DNA from: a virus
Taxonomy: Duplodnaviria; Caudoviricetes
IMG/VR virus record: IMGVR_UViG_2919450847_000004
Location: 5,017 to 69,016 of that record
DNA: 64,000 bases
Direction: 5' to 3' (one strand)
This document shows, one piece after another, positions 54,843 through 64,000 of the stretch. Positions within the stretch are counted from its first letter, which is position 1. Each line of letters begins with the position of its first letter. Made by a program: the position numbers and the translations under genes. The notes under the pieces were generated by a model. That model saw nothing but the letters and a program-made list of their open reading frames with translations, ran no database searches and had not been told where the DNA came from.

Positions 54843-55171
54843 CGACGGCAACCCAGCTCTCCGACGCGCAGTGGTGCTTCCTCGACCTGCTGGTGCGCTC
54901 CAAGCAGCGCGGCGCCTCGCGGGTGAACCGGCACGAACTGCTTTATTCGAGTGCGCTGCCAGCGGTGGTCAGGATGAGGCTGGTGTTCGCCGGCCTGACC
55001 ATGCCGGCCGAGTTCGTCGTCATACACGGTCAGCACGATTTCGAGCTTACCGAAGCGGGGCAACGGCTCTACGACCTGCGGTTCGGACGTGGCGCCGAGC
55101 CCGCGTCAGCGACCTCGATAGCAGATCGCGTCATTGCCCTCCCGGACCTAACCGGAGGCACCCGTGGCTGA
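54839..55171 (+). CDS. Hypothetical protein
   Basis: Coupled ORF. Confidence 0.6.
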   Translation: MTTATQLSDAQWCFLDLLVRSKQRGASRVNRHELLYSSALPAVVRMRLVFAGLTMPAEFVVIHGQHDFELTEAGQRLYDLRFGRGAEPASATSIADRVIALPDLTGGTRG

Positions 55172-56795
55172 CATCTGGTCCGGCTTCTCCGCCGTCATTG
55201 GCCGCACTGGCGCCGGCAAGTCCTATGCGGCACGCGGCGTCGTCGAGGGGTTCCTGGACGATCGCCGCCGCCTCTGTGTCGTCGACCCGACCGGCGTTTG
55301 GTGGGGCCTACGCAGCCTCGCCGACGGCGGCGCCGGCTTCCCCGTCGTGATATTCGGTGGCGAGCACGCCGATGTGCCGATCGACGTCGATGCCGGCGGG
55401 CTGCTGGGCGCGATGATCGGAGAGGAGAAGGTCGGCGCCTCGATCGTCGACGTCTCCGAATTCTCGACCGGGCAGCGCACCCGCTTCCTCACCGACTTTT
55501 TCGAAGCATTGTATGGCGCCAACCGCACCGCCCTGCACCTGGTGCTGGACGAGGCCGACGAGGTCGCCCCGCAGAACCCCATGCCGGAGACAAAGCGGCT
55601 CCTCGGCGCCGTCGATCGCATCGTGCGCCGCGGCCGCGTACGCGGCTTCCGGCCGATGATGATCACGCAACGCCCGGCCGTCCTGCACAAGAACGTCCTG
55701 TCGCAGATCGGCACGCTTGTGGCGCTGCGTCTCACCTCCCCGCAGGATCGCAACGCCATCGGCGATTGGGTAAAGGGCAACGCCGATGGTGACCAGGCCG
55801 ACACGGTGATGAAGAGCCTGCCCAGCCTCGCCGTCGGCGAAGGCTGGATCTGGTGCCCGGCGCTCGACGTGCTCGAGCGGAAGGCCTTCCCGCGGATCCG
55901 GACGCTGGATTCCTCCCGGACGCCGGAGCACGGCGAGGAGCGGGCCGCGCTGCCGCCCATATCGTCGATCGACGTCGACCACCTCCGGCATCTGCTCGGC
56001 ACCGGCGCGGAATCGCCGACCGCCGCCGGAGGCGCAACCGCACCACCATCGGTCAACGTCGCCGTTATCGAGGCAGCCGCCTATGAGCGCGGGCTCGCCG
56101 ACGGGTTCGAACGCGGCCAAACAACCGGAATTGCCATCGGTATCGCTCGCGCGCAGTCGGCCCTCAGTGCGCTGCAGATCCCCGACATTGTCGCCTCCGT
56201 CCCTTCGTCTAGCGGCGGGACATCGGCGTTTGATACCGGGGACCATGGTTCGTATCCACGAGCGGCAACCACGTCACTGGCCAGGCCCCTGAAGCGTGAC
56301 GTCGTTCCGGCGCCGAAATCTGAAGCGACCGGCCTCAACAGTGCCGGCCGGAAGATGCTGGCGGTGCTGGACACCAACCCGCCGGTCCGACGGTCCTGGC
56401 AACAGATTGCCACCCTCGCCGGCCTGAAGGCGCGCGGCGGTCATTTCAACGCCGGTCGCAAGGCACTGATCGAGAGCGGCCTGATTGTGGATAGCGATGG
56501 ACTGGTCGCCATCGTCGCGCCAAGTGCCAAGGCCGGCCCCGCCACCAGCGATCCTGCCGCCATGGTCGATCTATGGGCGTCGGCGCTTTCGGGCGCCGCG
56601 CCGAAGGTGCTGCGGGCCCTCTTCGAAATGGGCGGCACCGCCGCCCGTTCCGCCGTCGCCGAGCGCCTCGGCATGCAGCCGCGCGGCGGCCACTGGAACG
56701 CCGCGTGGAAGGAGCTCCGCGACAATTCCATCGTCTCGGTCGAGGGCGACACCGCCCGCCTCACCGAGCTCTTCAATCCGGGAGGTCAGGCATGA
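55164..56795 (+). CDS. HerA/FtsK-superfamily ATPase with C-terminal tandem winged helices
   Basis: GRTGAGKS, VVDPTG.WWGL, LVLDEAD..APQ, ITQRPA.LHK.VLSQ; two similar GLK/GMQ.RGGH.N wHTH repeats. Confidence 0.85.
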   Translation: MADIWSGFSAVIGRTGAGKSYAARGVVEGFLDDRRRLCVVDPTGVWWGLRSLADGGAGFPVVIFGGEHADVPIDVDAGGLLGAMIGEEKVGASIVDVSEFSTGQRTRFLTDFFEALYGANRTALHLVLDEADEVAPQNPMPETKRLLGAVDRIVRRGRVRGFRPMMITQRPAVLHKNVLSQIGTLVALRLTSPQDRNAIGDWVKGNADGDQADTVMKSLPSLAVGEGWIWCPALDVLERKAFPRIRTLDSSRTPEHGEERAALPPISSIDVDHLRHLLGTGAESPTAAGGATAPPSVNVAVIEAAAYERGLADGFERGQTTGIAIGIARAQSALSALQIPDIVASVPSSSGGTSAFDTGDHGSYPRAATTSLARPLKRDVVPAPKSEATGLNSAGRKMLAVLDTNPPVRRSWQQIATLAGLKARGGHFNAGRKALIESGLIVDSDGLVAIVAPSAKAGPATSDPAAMVDLWASALSGAAPKVLRALFEMGGTAARSAVAERLGMQPRGGHWNAAWKELRDNSIVSVEGDTARLTELFNPGGQA

Positions 56796-57694
56796 CCAAT
56801 ATCGTCGACGCTGAAAAGAAAACGCCGATCGATGTCCTCCTCGAGGCGAGCGAACGGCTCCCGCAGATGCCGGAGCTCAAGTTGGGCCTGGAGGTGTTCA
56901 ATGTCCATTGGGGCTTAGATGCCTATGACCCTCCCTTCGAGGTGAGGCGGGCGGTGCATGATCTCGTTGAGACGTTTCTCGCCCTGGCCGCCGCGCCCGC
57001 CGCGTCCGCCGCGCTGGTGCCGGTGAAGGTGCGGGAGTTGGTGGCACACCACGCTGAGGCGGAGCGCTATTGCCTCGGCCTGTTGGCCGAGGAGGCCGGC
57101 GAAATTGTGCAGCTTGTCGGCAAAGCCATGCGCTTCGGGACCGACACGCCCGGTAGGCTGAACGCAGCTGGCGAGGTATCCGGCGAGACGCCGCGCACGC
57201 TGCTCCCCGCCGAGCTAGGAGACATGCTTGCGGCTGTATCCTTCGCCATTCGCCACGGCATCGTGCAGAGCGAAGCGATTGAGACTGCGCAGGTGCGGAA
57301 GCTGGCAAAGCTCCTGGACCCCGACGCCAAAGACAACCTGGGCCGGCCGCTCGCGCCACAACCCGCCCTCACCGCTGCCCAGCCGGTGGGGCGGGAGGAA
57401 CCTCCGCGCGTACCGACGCAGCAGGAGATGAACGAGGCGTTCTACGTCGATGTTTGCCGCGCGGAGGATCGCCTCAAGGAGTTCATCACTGCGGGCAAGG
57501 CCCTGCTCGAAACCCTGCCGAAGCATTGGCATGGCGAAGCCGAGACCAGCCTTCGTGACCTGATCGACGAAACTGAAATGGTGCTCTCGCCGAAGAAGCA
57601 TCATCAGACTTATGCAGTGCAGCAGGCCATAAAGCGATATCGCGGAAAACCTGCTGGATCGGCCCCACAGCCCGCCCCCGACGCCCAGGGGTGA
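56792..57694 (+). CDS. Protein with a central MazG-like nucleotide pyrophosphohydrolase domain
   Basis: LGLLAEEAGEIVQLVGKAMRFG...AELGDMLAAV. Confidence 0.7.
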   Translation: MTNIVDAEKKTPIDVLLEASERLPQMPELKLGLEVFNVHWGLDAYDPPFEVRRAVHDLVETFLALAAAPAASAALVPVKVRELVAHHAEAERYCLGLLAEEAGEIVQLVGKAMRFGTDTPGRLNAAGEVSGETPRTLLPAELGDMLAAVSFAIRHGIVQSEAIETAQVRKLAKLLDPDAKDNLGRPLAPQPALTAAQPVGREEPPRVPTQQEMNEAFYVDVCRAEDRLKEFITAGKALLETLPKHWHGEAETSLRDLIDETEMVLSPKKHHQTYAVQQAIKRYRGKPAGSAPQPAPDAQG

Positions 57695-57696
57695 AC

Positions 57697-58191
57697 ATGG
57701 AGCCCCATCGCGTTCGCCTCACCAAGGTCGATGGCGTGACGATCGTGCCGGCCGGCGCCGTCCGCGTCGATCGCGGCAGTCCATGGCGCCCGCCATTCTG
57801 GACGGATCACCCCTATGTGGTGCGCCAGATCGTGCAGGACATTCGCGTAATTGATTGCCCGGGCAACCGGATGCTGTTCCTGGCCCGCATGTTCCGGGAT
57901 TGGATCTGCGGCACGCTCGGCGATCACGTCATGTGGCGCTCATTGCCCCACTACGATCGCGCGCTGCCGGCCCCGCCGACGCTGACGGAAATCCGAACCC
58001 GCCTCGGCGGGCGCATCCTCGCCGACTGGCCGCGTATCGGTCAGCCCTGCATAGGCGATGTCTTCCTTTCGCTCGCAAACCCTCGCCCCGACGGGTCGCC
58101 GATGCCGATCTCGCTCGATCGCATGGATCCTGCGCTCGGCTCGGCGAACTGGATGATCGGCCGGAACAACATCCATCGGAGTCGGATCTGA
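57697..58191 (+). CDS. Degenerate DUF4326-like paralog
   Basis: VRVDRGSPWRPPF...LGGRILADW...PCIGDV.L.LAN parallels 44172-44531. Confidence 0.6.
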   Translation: MEPHRVRLTKVDGVTIVPAGAVRVDRGSPWRPPFWTDHPYVVRQIVQDIRVIDCPGNRMLFLARMFRDWICGTLGDHVMWRSLPHYDRALPAPPTLTEIRTRLGGRILADWPRIGQPCIGDVFLSLANPRPDGSPMPISLDRMDPALGSANWMIGRNNIHRSRI

Positions 58192-58192
58192 C

Positions 58193-58657
58193 ATGGCAAT
58201 ACGCCCTTGGACCGGACCGATCCCCAAGACGAAACCCTCGAAGAAGCGGAAGCCGTCGCGCCGCCTGGTGCCGCCGCGTTCGCCCCTCGAGGATCCGGAC
58301 CATCTCCGGCTGCTGCTGCAGTTGCCGTGCCTGGCGAGCGGCGAGACGCCCGCCGGCGCCTACGCGCACATCCACTATCCCAGCGCCCTGCTCTCCAAGC
58401 CCGTCACCGGCACCGGCATGCTGCCGGAGGATAAATGGGCCGTCCCCTTGAAGGCCTGGTTTCACACCGTCAGCCGCAACCCTGATGCCCCGGGCGGCGA
58501 GGAAGGCTGGTGGGAGCGCCGCGGCATCAACCCGCTTGTGGTCGCCACCCGGCTGCACGCCGCGTCGGTCACGCTCCGTGACGCCGGCGTGTCGGAAGCG
58601 GAAATCGTAAAGCGCCTGACGGCGATCATAATAGCGGCCCGGGCTTGCGCATGCTGA
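58193..58657 (+). CDS. DUF968/HNHc-like protein (degenerate)
   Basis: DPDHL..L.QLPCLASG....AH....GTG..PED.WAVPL...H...GEE.WW...GINP. Confidence 0.65.
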   Translation: MAIRPWTGPIPKTKPSKKRKPSRRLVPPRSPLEDPDHLRLLLQLPCLASGETPAGAYAHIHYPSALLSKPVTGTGMLPEDKWAVPLKAWFHTVSRNPDAPGGEEGWWERRGINPLVVATRLHAASVTLRDAGVSEAEIVKRLTAIIIAARACAC

Positions 58658-58887
58658 ACGACCCGGATTCACCGATTCACACGACATGGCGCCGGCGGCG
58701 CCACGTCCCCCCCGATCCTTCCGATGCGATGATCCGGGAGTGCCTTATAGCGGCCGCCGACCTGGTCGACCGGTATGGAGAGGACGTGCGACCTCTGCTT
58801 GCATTTTTCGAGTCCGAGTTTCGGAAACGCACAGGTCGAGGTAGCGAGAGCGAGCGAATTCGGGCAATGATTGGCTCCGCAATCTGA
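58651..58887 (+). CDS. Hypothetical protein, last gene of the pL operon
   Basis: Coupled ORF before the att region. Confidence 0.55.
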   Translation: MLNDPDSPIHTTWRRRRHVPPDPSDAMIRECLIAAADLVDRYGEDVRPLLAFFESEFRKRTGRGSESERIRAMIGSAI

Positions 58888-58990
58888 AGACATTCGCCAT
58901 ACAAATGCGTTACATTTCTCCACGCCGTTCGGAGCCATCTTCACTAAATAGCTGATATAATACGCTTTTCTATTCCATGGTTTTTGGCAA

Positions 58991-59010
58991 GAGTCCTGCT
59001 CAGGGAGCCA
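58991..59010 (+). other. 3' fragment of a tRNA (probably tRNA-Asn): probable att core at the prophage boundary
   Basis: GAGT-CCTGC-TCAGGGA-G-CCA = T-loop end, T-stem 3', acceptor 3', G73, CCA; no 5' half upstream. Confidence 0.7.
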
Positions 59011-59142
59011 CTCCCCCGTTTCCGGGGCGGCTCAGCTTTTCCCAAGCACTCTCTTCCCCATTGAAATTGGTGGATAATTTAATTTCCAGCCTCCGCTCGC
59101 TATCCCAATCAGGATCAGCCAGAGCCACCCCATCCCGCGAAT

Positions 59143-59164
59143 TTGTTGGCCTAGTTGTTGGCCT
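59143..59164 (+). repeat. 10-bp direct repeat, probable integrase arm-type sites
   Basis: TTGTTGGCCT at 59143 and 59155, upstream of the integrase. Confidence 0.6.
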
Positions 59165-59212
59165 GCAGCCCGTGTTTTCAGTGATCCCGGCAATCAACAG
59201 GGGATGGCGAAC

Positions 59213-60336
59213 ATGGCCTCGTCAGATGCAGCGTACCGGACGGCAAAGGCCGGGAAGGCGAATACAAACTTTCCGACGGTGGTGGCCGCTATCTCTTCGT
59301 GAAGCCCAACGGCGCCCGGGTCTGGCAGCAGGCCGACAGGTTCGCGGGCAAACAGAAGAAACCCATGGCCCTACCCGTTCATTTCGCTGGCCGATGCGCG
59401 GCGGCTTCGGGACGAGGTCAGGAGGTTGTTGGCCTCAGGGGTAGACCCAGGAGCCAACGAACAAGCCAACAAGGCCGCCGGCGCGGCGTCTGTCGCCGCC
59501 GCAACGAGCACCTTCGGGGTCATTGCGATGGAGTTCATCGACAAGATGACAAAGGAAGGGCGAGCCGAGGCCACCCTCCTGAAAGCGCACTGGCTGCTGG
59601 AGGAAATCGCGGCCCCTCTTCGCAACCGCCCCATCGCGTAGATCACACCGCCAGAGATTCTTGCTGTCCTACGGGCGGTGGAGGTCAGGGGTGACGACAG
59701 GACCGCACGCCACTCCCGTAGCATTATCGGTCAGGTTTTCCGTTACGCGATCGCAACCAGCCGCGCCGAACGGGATGTGATGGCCGATCTGCGAGGTGCG
59801 CTTGTCCCACCCACGACCAAGCACCGCACCGCCATCACACGCCCGAAGCGGCTGGGCGAGCTTATGGCGGCCATCTATGGCTGGACGAAGGATCAGGAAA
59901 CGACGGTCGCAGGCTTGAAGCTGATTGCCCTGCTGGCACTCCGCCCCGGCAAACTCCGCGCCGCTGCATGGGAGGAGATTGACCTCGAAGCTGGGGTCTG
60001 GACCGTTCCAGCCCGCCGAACCAAGATGCGCCGACCACACCGCATGCCCCTGCCCTTACAGGCCGTAGCCATTTTGCAAAAATTGCTCGGCGCTACCCGA
60101 AGCGGGATCAGCACCTTCGTGTTTCCGGCGACCGTCTCGGTGAGGAAACCGATGAGCAAAAACACCTTGACCTTCGCTCTACGACGTTTGGATATAGGGG
60201 CGGACGACATGACCGCCCACGGTTTTCGGACAGCGTTCGCCACGCTCGCCAATGAGAGCCGGCGCTGGCATCCCGATGCAATCGAGCGGTAGCTCGCCCA
60301 TGTTGAGGGCAATAATGTGCGCCGGGCATATGCCTT
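59213..60336 (+). pseudogene. P4-like tyrosine integrase pseudogene
   Basis: LSDGGG.YL.VKPNG..W arm domain, LRPG.LR, HGFR, LAH...VRRAY; frameshifts and in-frame TAG at 59639 and 60290. Confidence 0.92.
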
Positions 60337-60424
60337 CCGCGATCTTGCGGTAGATGGTGGAGCGGGACAGGCTGGTCCGGGCAAGGACGGTCTTCAGGCG
60401 GACGATACGCTCGGGTGTCTGCAT
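60333..60424 (-). pseudogene. alpA: Truncated AlpA-family regulator/excisionase
   Basis: MQTPERIVRLKTVLARTSLSRSTIYRKIAEG, then runs into the integrase 3' end. Confidence 0.8.
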
Positions 60425-60539
60425 GGCGGTGCTGCCTCCTGCTGGATGCGCCTGAGGGCGCCTGCTCCAGACAAGACACGGAGCCGCCGGCCGGCAAGAG
60501 GATGAACGGCGCCGGTGTGGCATGGCGAGCCGGCGGCGG

Positions 60540-60986
60540 CACATCCACCGAGCGCATGGTGAGCATGACATGGGCATGGGGCTTCGGCATGCCGTCCTCA
60601 CCGACATCCCAATGCACATTGAGATCGGCGACCATCCCGAGAGCGACGAACTCCGCCTGGACGAAGTCGCGGGCCAGCGCGATCCCCTGCGCCTGGCTCA
60701 TCTCCCGCGGCAGGGTGAACTCGACCTCGCGGGCGAGCCGCGCGTCCTTCCGCAGTTCGAAGGCCTCGATATCGTTCCACAGCCGCTCGCGGTCGCTCCA
60801 CATCTCAGGCGCGCCGTCGGGCAGCAGAACCTCGGAATGCACGACGCCGCGATTGCCGGAGAAGTCCTGAACGCGATCGATGCGCGCGTCGCGCAGCCTT
60901 GAGGCCGAGCGGTAGGCCGCGGACGCCACCGCACTGGAGCCGGCCTTGCGGCCGATGACCTTGACGTGATGATAATAGATCGCCAT
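60540..60986 (-). pseudogene. traA: Truncated MobA/MobL (MOBQ) relaxase, TraA N-terminus
   Basis: MAIY.HHVKVIGRKAGSSAVASAAYRS, RERLWN.IE..E.RKDARLAREVE..LP, PHAHVMLTMR; no helicase domain follows. Confidence 0.9.
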
Positions 60987-61026
60987 CGCGATCCAAACAT
61001 GAGCACGGCAAAGCGCATGTCGGAAA

Positions 61027-61044
61027 GACGTATAAGCGCGCCCT
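61027..61044 (+). promoter_or_regulatory. MOBQ-type oriT nic region
   Basis: GACGTATAAGCGCGCCCT matches the TAAGTGCGCCCT-type core, between divergent traA and traD. Confidence 0.75.
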
Positions 61045-61158
61045 CCCTCGAAAAAATCTCGGGAGCGACGAGCCCATCCCAGTCTGTCCCGGCAACATTA
61101 CAGCCATCTGCCACACGCTCAACTATCATCCCTCCATCGACTGCTGATGGAGATGACA

Positions 61159-61340
61159 ATGCACAAGCCACGGGACTTCGACACGCGGCTGGAGGCGCTC
61201 AAGAAAGGCGCGAGAGCTCAGGAGCAGCAAGGTGCAGCAGCTGGGCGATCTGGTGATCGCCACCGGCGCCGACGCGCTCACGACCTAGGAATTGGCCGGT
61301 GCGCGGCTCGTGCTGGCCGAGACCAAGGACCTCAGATAAG
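61159..61340 (+). pseudogene. traD: Conjugal transfer TraD-like pseudogene
   Basis: MHKPRDFD..LEAL + ELKSSKVQQLGDLVIATGADAL split by a frameshift and stop. Confidence 0.75.
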
Positions 61341-61346
61341 CACCCT

Positions 61347-62153
61347 TCATCCTAGGCCGAACGTCTTCCTCAGCCCCTTCTCCACGGGCCCCGCCGGCAT
61401 GAAGCGGCGGAGTTTGGAGAGGAGGGACGCCTCTCCCTTCGGCGTATGGCGCATCTTCCATCTGCCCAGCGCGGCGCGCACGATCGTGGCGGCGACCGCG
61501 TCGGGTTCGGGCGCCTTCTGAACGTTCTTCTGGACTGCCCGGGAGACGATGTCGCGCTCCTTTCCATAAGCGATAATGATGGAGGCCGCCTGCGGCGCGT
61601 TCAGATCGAGGTTGGTCTTGGTGAAGGACGGTTCGACCAGCGCCACGCGGATACCGAACTGGCGGACCTCGTGATCGAGGCTTTCGGACAGACCCTCGAC
61701 AGCGTGTTTGGACGCCGCATAAAGCGCCATATAGGGCGCAGGCAGAAAGCCCAACACCGAGCTGACATTGACGATGCGGCCGGAGCGTGCCTCGCGCATA
61801 TGCGGCAGAACGGCCTTTATCATACGCAGAAGGCCGAAGAGATTGGTGTCGAACAGCGTTTGGGCTTCATCGATCGACGTCTCCTCTGTGGCGCCGAGCA
61901 GGGTCACCCCCGCGCTGTTGACCAAGACATCGATACGCTTGTCCTGCGCGATGATGGTCTGAATGCCGCGATCAATCGATGTCTCGTCACGGACATCCAT
62001 CTCGACGAGCGTCACGCCGGGAAGCGCTTGAGCTTTTGTCAGATTGCGCACGGTGCCATAGACGCGGCATCCCGCTTCCGCGAATTTCAGCGCGGTGGCA
62101 CGGCCGATGCCGGATGAGACCCCGGTGATGAGCACGATTTTCGCGGTCGACAT
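61347..62153 (-). CDS. Short-chain dehydrogenase/reductase
   Basis: ITGVSSGIG, VNSAG, NVSS, YAASK. Confidence 0.95.
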   Translation of the reverse strand: MSTAKIVLITGVSSGIGRATALKFAEAGCRVYGTVRNLTKAQALPGVTLVEMDVRDETSIDRGIQTIIAQDKRIDVLVNSAGVTLLGATEETSIDEAQTLFDTNLFGLLRMIKAVLPHMREARSGRIVNVSSVLGFLPAPYMALYAASKHAVEGLSESLDHEVRQFGIRVALVEPSFTKTNLDLNAPQAASIIIAYGKERDIVSRAVQKNVQKAPEPDAVAATIVRAALGRWKMRHTPKGEASLLSKLRRFMPAGPVEKGLRKTFGLG

Positions 62154-62200
62154 GATCGTTCCTTTGTTCATTGCTTTGAGATGAGAGCGGTTGAAGGCTC

Positions 62201-64000
62201 TCATTCGGCGGCCATGGCCGGATGCGCTGCGGGACTGCGCGCGACGTCCGCGTGCACCTGATCGGGCGTGGCCTTGATGCGGAACCAGGCGGCGTAGAGG
62301 GCGGGCAGGAACAGCAGGATCAGCACCGTGCCGACGGCGGTGCCGCCGATCAGCGTGTAGGCCATCGAGCCCCAGAACACCGAGTGCGTGAGGGGAATGA
62401 AGGCGAGCACCGCCGCCAGCGCGGTCAGGATCACCGGCCGCGTCCGCTGGACGGTCGCCTCGATGACGGCGTGATAATCGTCGAGCCCCGCGGCCTTGTT
62501 CTCCTTGATCTGCTCGGTCAGGATCAGGGTGTTGCGCATCAGGATGCCGGCCAGCCCGATAAGCCCGAGAATGGCGTTGAAGCCGAAGGGCTGGTTGAAC
62601 AGCAGCAAGGTCGGCACCACGCCGGCGAGGCCGAGCGGCGCCGTCATCATCACCATGGTCATGGTCGAGAGGCTGCGAACCTGCAGGATGATGACGATGA
62701 GCATGGCGGCGATCATCAGGGGGAAGATCTTGACCAGCGCGATATTGGCCTTGAGGGACTCCTCGATATTGCCGGCCATCTCGATGCGGTAGCCGACGGG
62801 CAGCGAGGCGATCAGCGGCTGCAGCGCCTGCATCACCTGTTGGGAGACCTCCGGCGGCTGCGTTGCTTCGTTGACATCGGCGCGGACGGTGACGACCGGC
62901 GTGCGGTCGCGGCGCTTGAGGATCGGCTCTTCGAAACGGATCTCGGAGTGGCCGACCTGGTCGAGCGGAACCTGGCGCCCGTTGCGGCTCATCAGCGAGA
63001 AGTCCGCCAGGCGGGACGGATCGAGCCGATGGTCGCCGGCGCTGCGCGCCACCACCGGCACGTTGCGGATGTTCTCGCGCACCTGCGTCACGGTAAGGCC
63101 GGTCAGCAGCAGCTGCATCTGCTGGGCGGCCTCGGTGGGCGAGAGGCCGATTAGGTTGAGCCGGTCCTGGTCCGGAACGAAGCGGAGCACGGGCGCGCGG
63201 TTGCCCCAGTCGCGGTTGGCCTGCCGCACGTCCGGCACGCCGTTCATCAGGGTGAGCGCCTGCTCGGAGATGCGGTACAGCTCCGCCGGGTCGGGGCCCA
63301 TGATGCGGAACTCGACCGGGAACGGCGTATAGGGCCCGAAGACGAGCTGGGTGACCCGGACGAAGGCCTCGGGAACGAGACCCTCGGCGATGGCGGCGCG
63401 GAGCTCATGCTTCAGCGCCTCGCGCGCCTCGGCATCGCGCGTCAGCACCACGATCTTGGCGAAGGCGGGATCGGGCAGTTCCGGCGCCATGGCGAAGAAG
63501 AAGCGCGGCGCGCCCTGGCCGATATAGCTGGTGACGATCTTGGCCTCGGGGCGCTCCCTCAGCCAGCGCTCGACCTTTTCCACCGCCGCCGCCGTGGTCT
63601 CGATGCTGGTGCCTTCCGGCATACGCACTTCGACCAGCACCTCGGGACGATCCGAGGTCGGGAAGAACTGCTGCTTGACCGCTCCCATGCCCATCACCGA
63701 GAGGGCCATGGCGACGCCCACCACCGCGCAGGTGATGAATTTATGGCGCACGGTGAACTGGATGACCGCGCGCAGGCGCCGATAGTTCGGCGTGTCGTAG
63801 ATCGCCTGGTGGCCGCCCTCGACCGGCGTGATCGCCGGCAGCATCTTGACGCCCAGATAGGGCGTGAACACTACGGCGACGATCCACGAGACGATCAGCG
63901 CGAAGCCGACCACCCAGAAGATGTTGCCGGCATATTCGCCGGCGGCGGAGGCGGCGAAGCCGACCGGCATCAGGCCGATGATGGTCACCAGCGTGCCCGA
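62201..64000 (-). CDS. RND efflux permease (AcrB/AcrD/AcrF family), 5' end outside the window
   Basis: QQFFP.SDRPE, GLAGILMRN, RTRPVILTALAAVLAFIPL; multiple TM helices. Confidence 0.95.
   Translation of the reverse strand, partial: SGTLVTIIGLMPVGFAASAAGEYAGNIFWVVGFALIVSWIVAVVFTPYLGVKMLPAITPVEGGHQAIYDTPNYRRLRAVIQFTVRHKFITCAVVGVAMALSVMGMGAVKQQFFPTSDRPEVLVEVRMPEGTSIETTAAAVEKVERWLRERPEAKIVTSYIGQGAPRFFFAMAPELPDPAFAKIVVLTRDAEAREALKHELRAAIAEGLVPEAFVRVTQLVFGPYTPFPVEFRIMGPDPAELYRISEQALTLMNGVPDVRQANRDWGNRAPVLRFVPDQDRLNLIGLSPTEAAQQMQLLLTGLTVTQVRENIRNVPVVARSAGDHRLDPSRLADFSLMSRNGRQVPLDQVGHSEIRFEEPILKRRDRTPVVTVRADVNEATQPPEVSQQVMQALQPLIASLPVGYRIEMAGNIEESLKANIALVKIFPLMIAAMLIVIILQVRSLSTMTMVMMTAPLGLAGVVPTLLLFNQPFGFNAILGLIGLAGILMRNTLILTEQIKENKAAGLDDYHAVIEATVQRTRPVILTALAAVLAFIPLTHSVFWGSMAYTLIGGTAVGTVLILLFLPALYAAWFRIKATPDQVHADVARSPAAHPAMAAE

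Larger units (their letters stand above)
1..59010. mobile_element. Lambda-like temperate siphophage prophage (HK97 head, long non-contractile tail); left end lies outside the window
   Basis: Contiguous, translationally coupled lysis-tail-head-terminase, replication, cro/cI and early modules; right boundary at tRNA 3' fragment 58991-59010. Confidence 0.95.
59011..61345. mobile_element. Decayed P4-type integrative/mobilisable island remnant
   Basis: Pseudo-integrase, alpA fragment, traA fragment, oriT, traD fragment. Confidence 0.85.

Noticed and set aside
58940-59010. Complete tRNA gene
   Set aside because: Only the last 20 nt fit; the upstream sequence cannot form D and anticodon arms
59213-60336. 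Integrase as the prophage's own integrase
   Set aside because: It lies outside the tRNA-fragment boundary, has multiple stops and frameshifts, and is P4/island-type linked to alpA and traA, whereas the prophage genes look intact
1-64000. CRISPR array or rRNA
   Set aside because: No regularly spaced repeat-spacer units or rRNA-like sequence were seen by eye

Overview
Positions 1-59010 are most of a GC-rich, lambda-like temperate siphophage prophage. Its host is an alphaproteobacterium, probably Rhizobiales/Hyphomicrobiales, judging by DUF982, DUF3572, GapR, a CtrA-like domain and an alpha-type LexA box. On the minus strand run the lysis cassette (endolysin, holin-like), the tail (SGNH-esterase tailspike, J-like tip, NlpC/P60, tape measure with a lysozyme-like domain, frameshifted G/GT chaperones, tail tube) and an HK97-type head (capsid, protease, portal, TerL, P27 TerS, HNH, probable cos region). 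A RelE/XRE toxin-antitoxin pair is inserted antisense into the late leader. Next come a putative late activator with a pR'/tR'-like promoter and terminator, a replication initiator with internal repeats, and a rightward early operon rich in candidate DNA-modification enzymes and host cell-cycle/nucleoid look-alikes. A lambda-style immunity region follows: cro, cI, and two sets of three 16-bp operators about 2 kb apart that bracket a lipoprotein and a LexA-box-controlled three-gene operon. The long plus-strand early operon carries ProQ/FinO, sulfotransferase-like, DUF5131, DUF1643, a helicase-methylase fusion, a repeat-containing C5 methylase, ASCH, a HerA-like ATPase and a MazG-like protein. 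The prophage appears to end at a 20-bp tRNA(Asn)-like 3' fragment at 58991-59010 (probable att). No phage integrase is in the window, so it is predicted upstream of position 1. Positions 59011-61345 are a decayed P4-type integrative/mobilisable island (pseudo-integrase, alpA, traA and traD fragments, oriT). Host-like SDR and RND efflux genes close the window. All family calls come from motif recognition by eye; no database searches were run.
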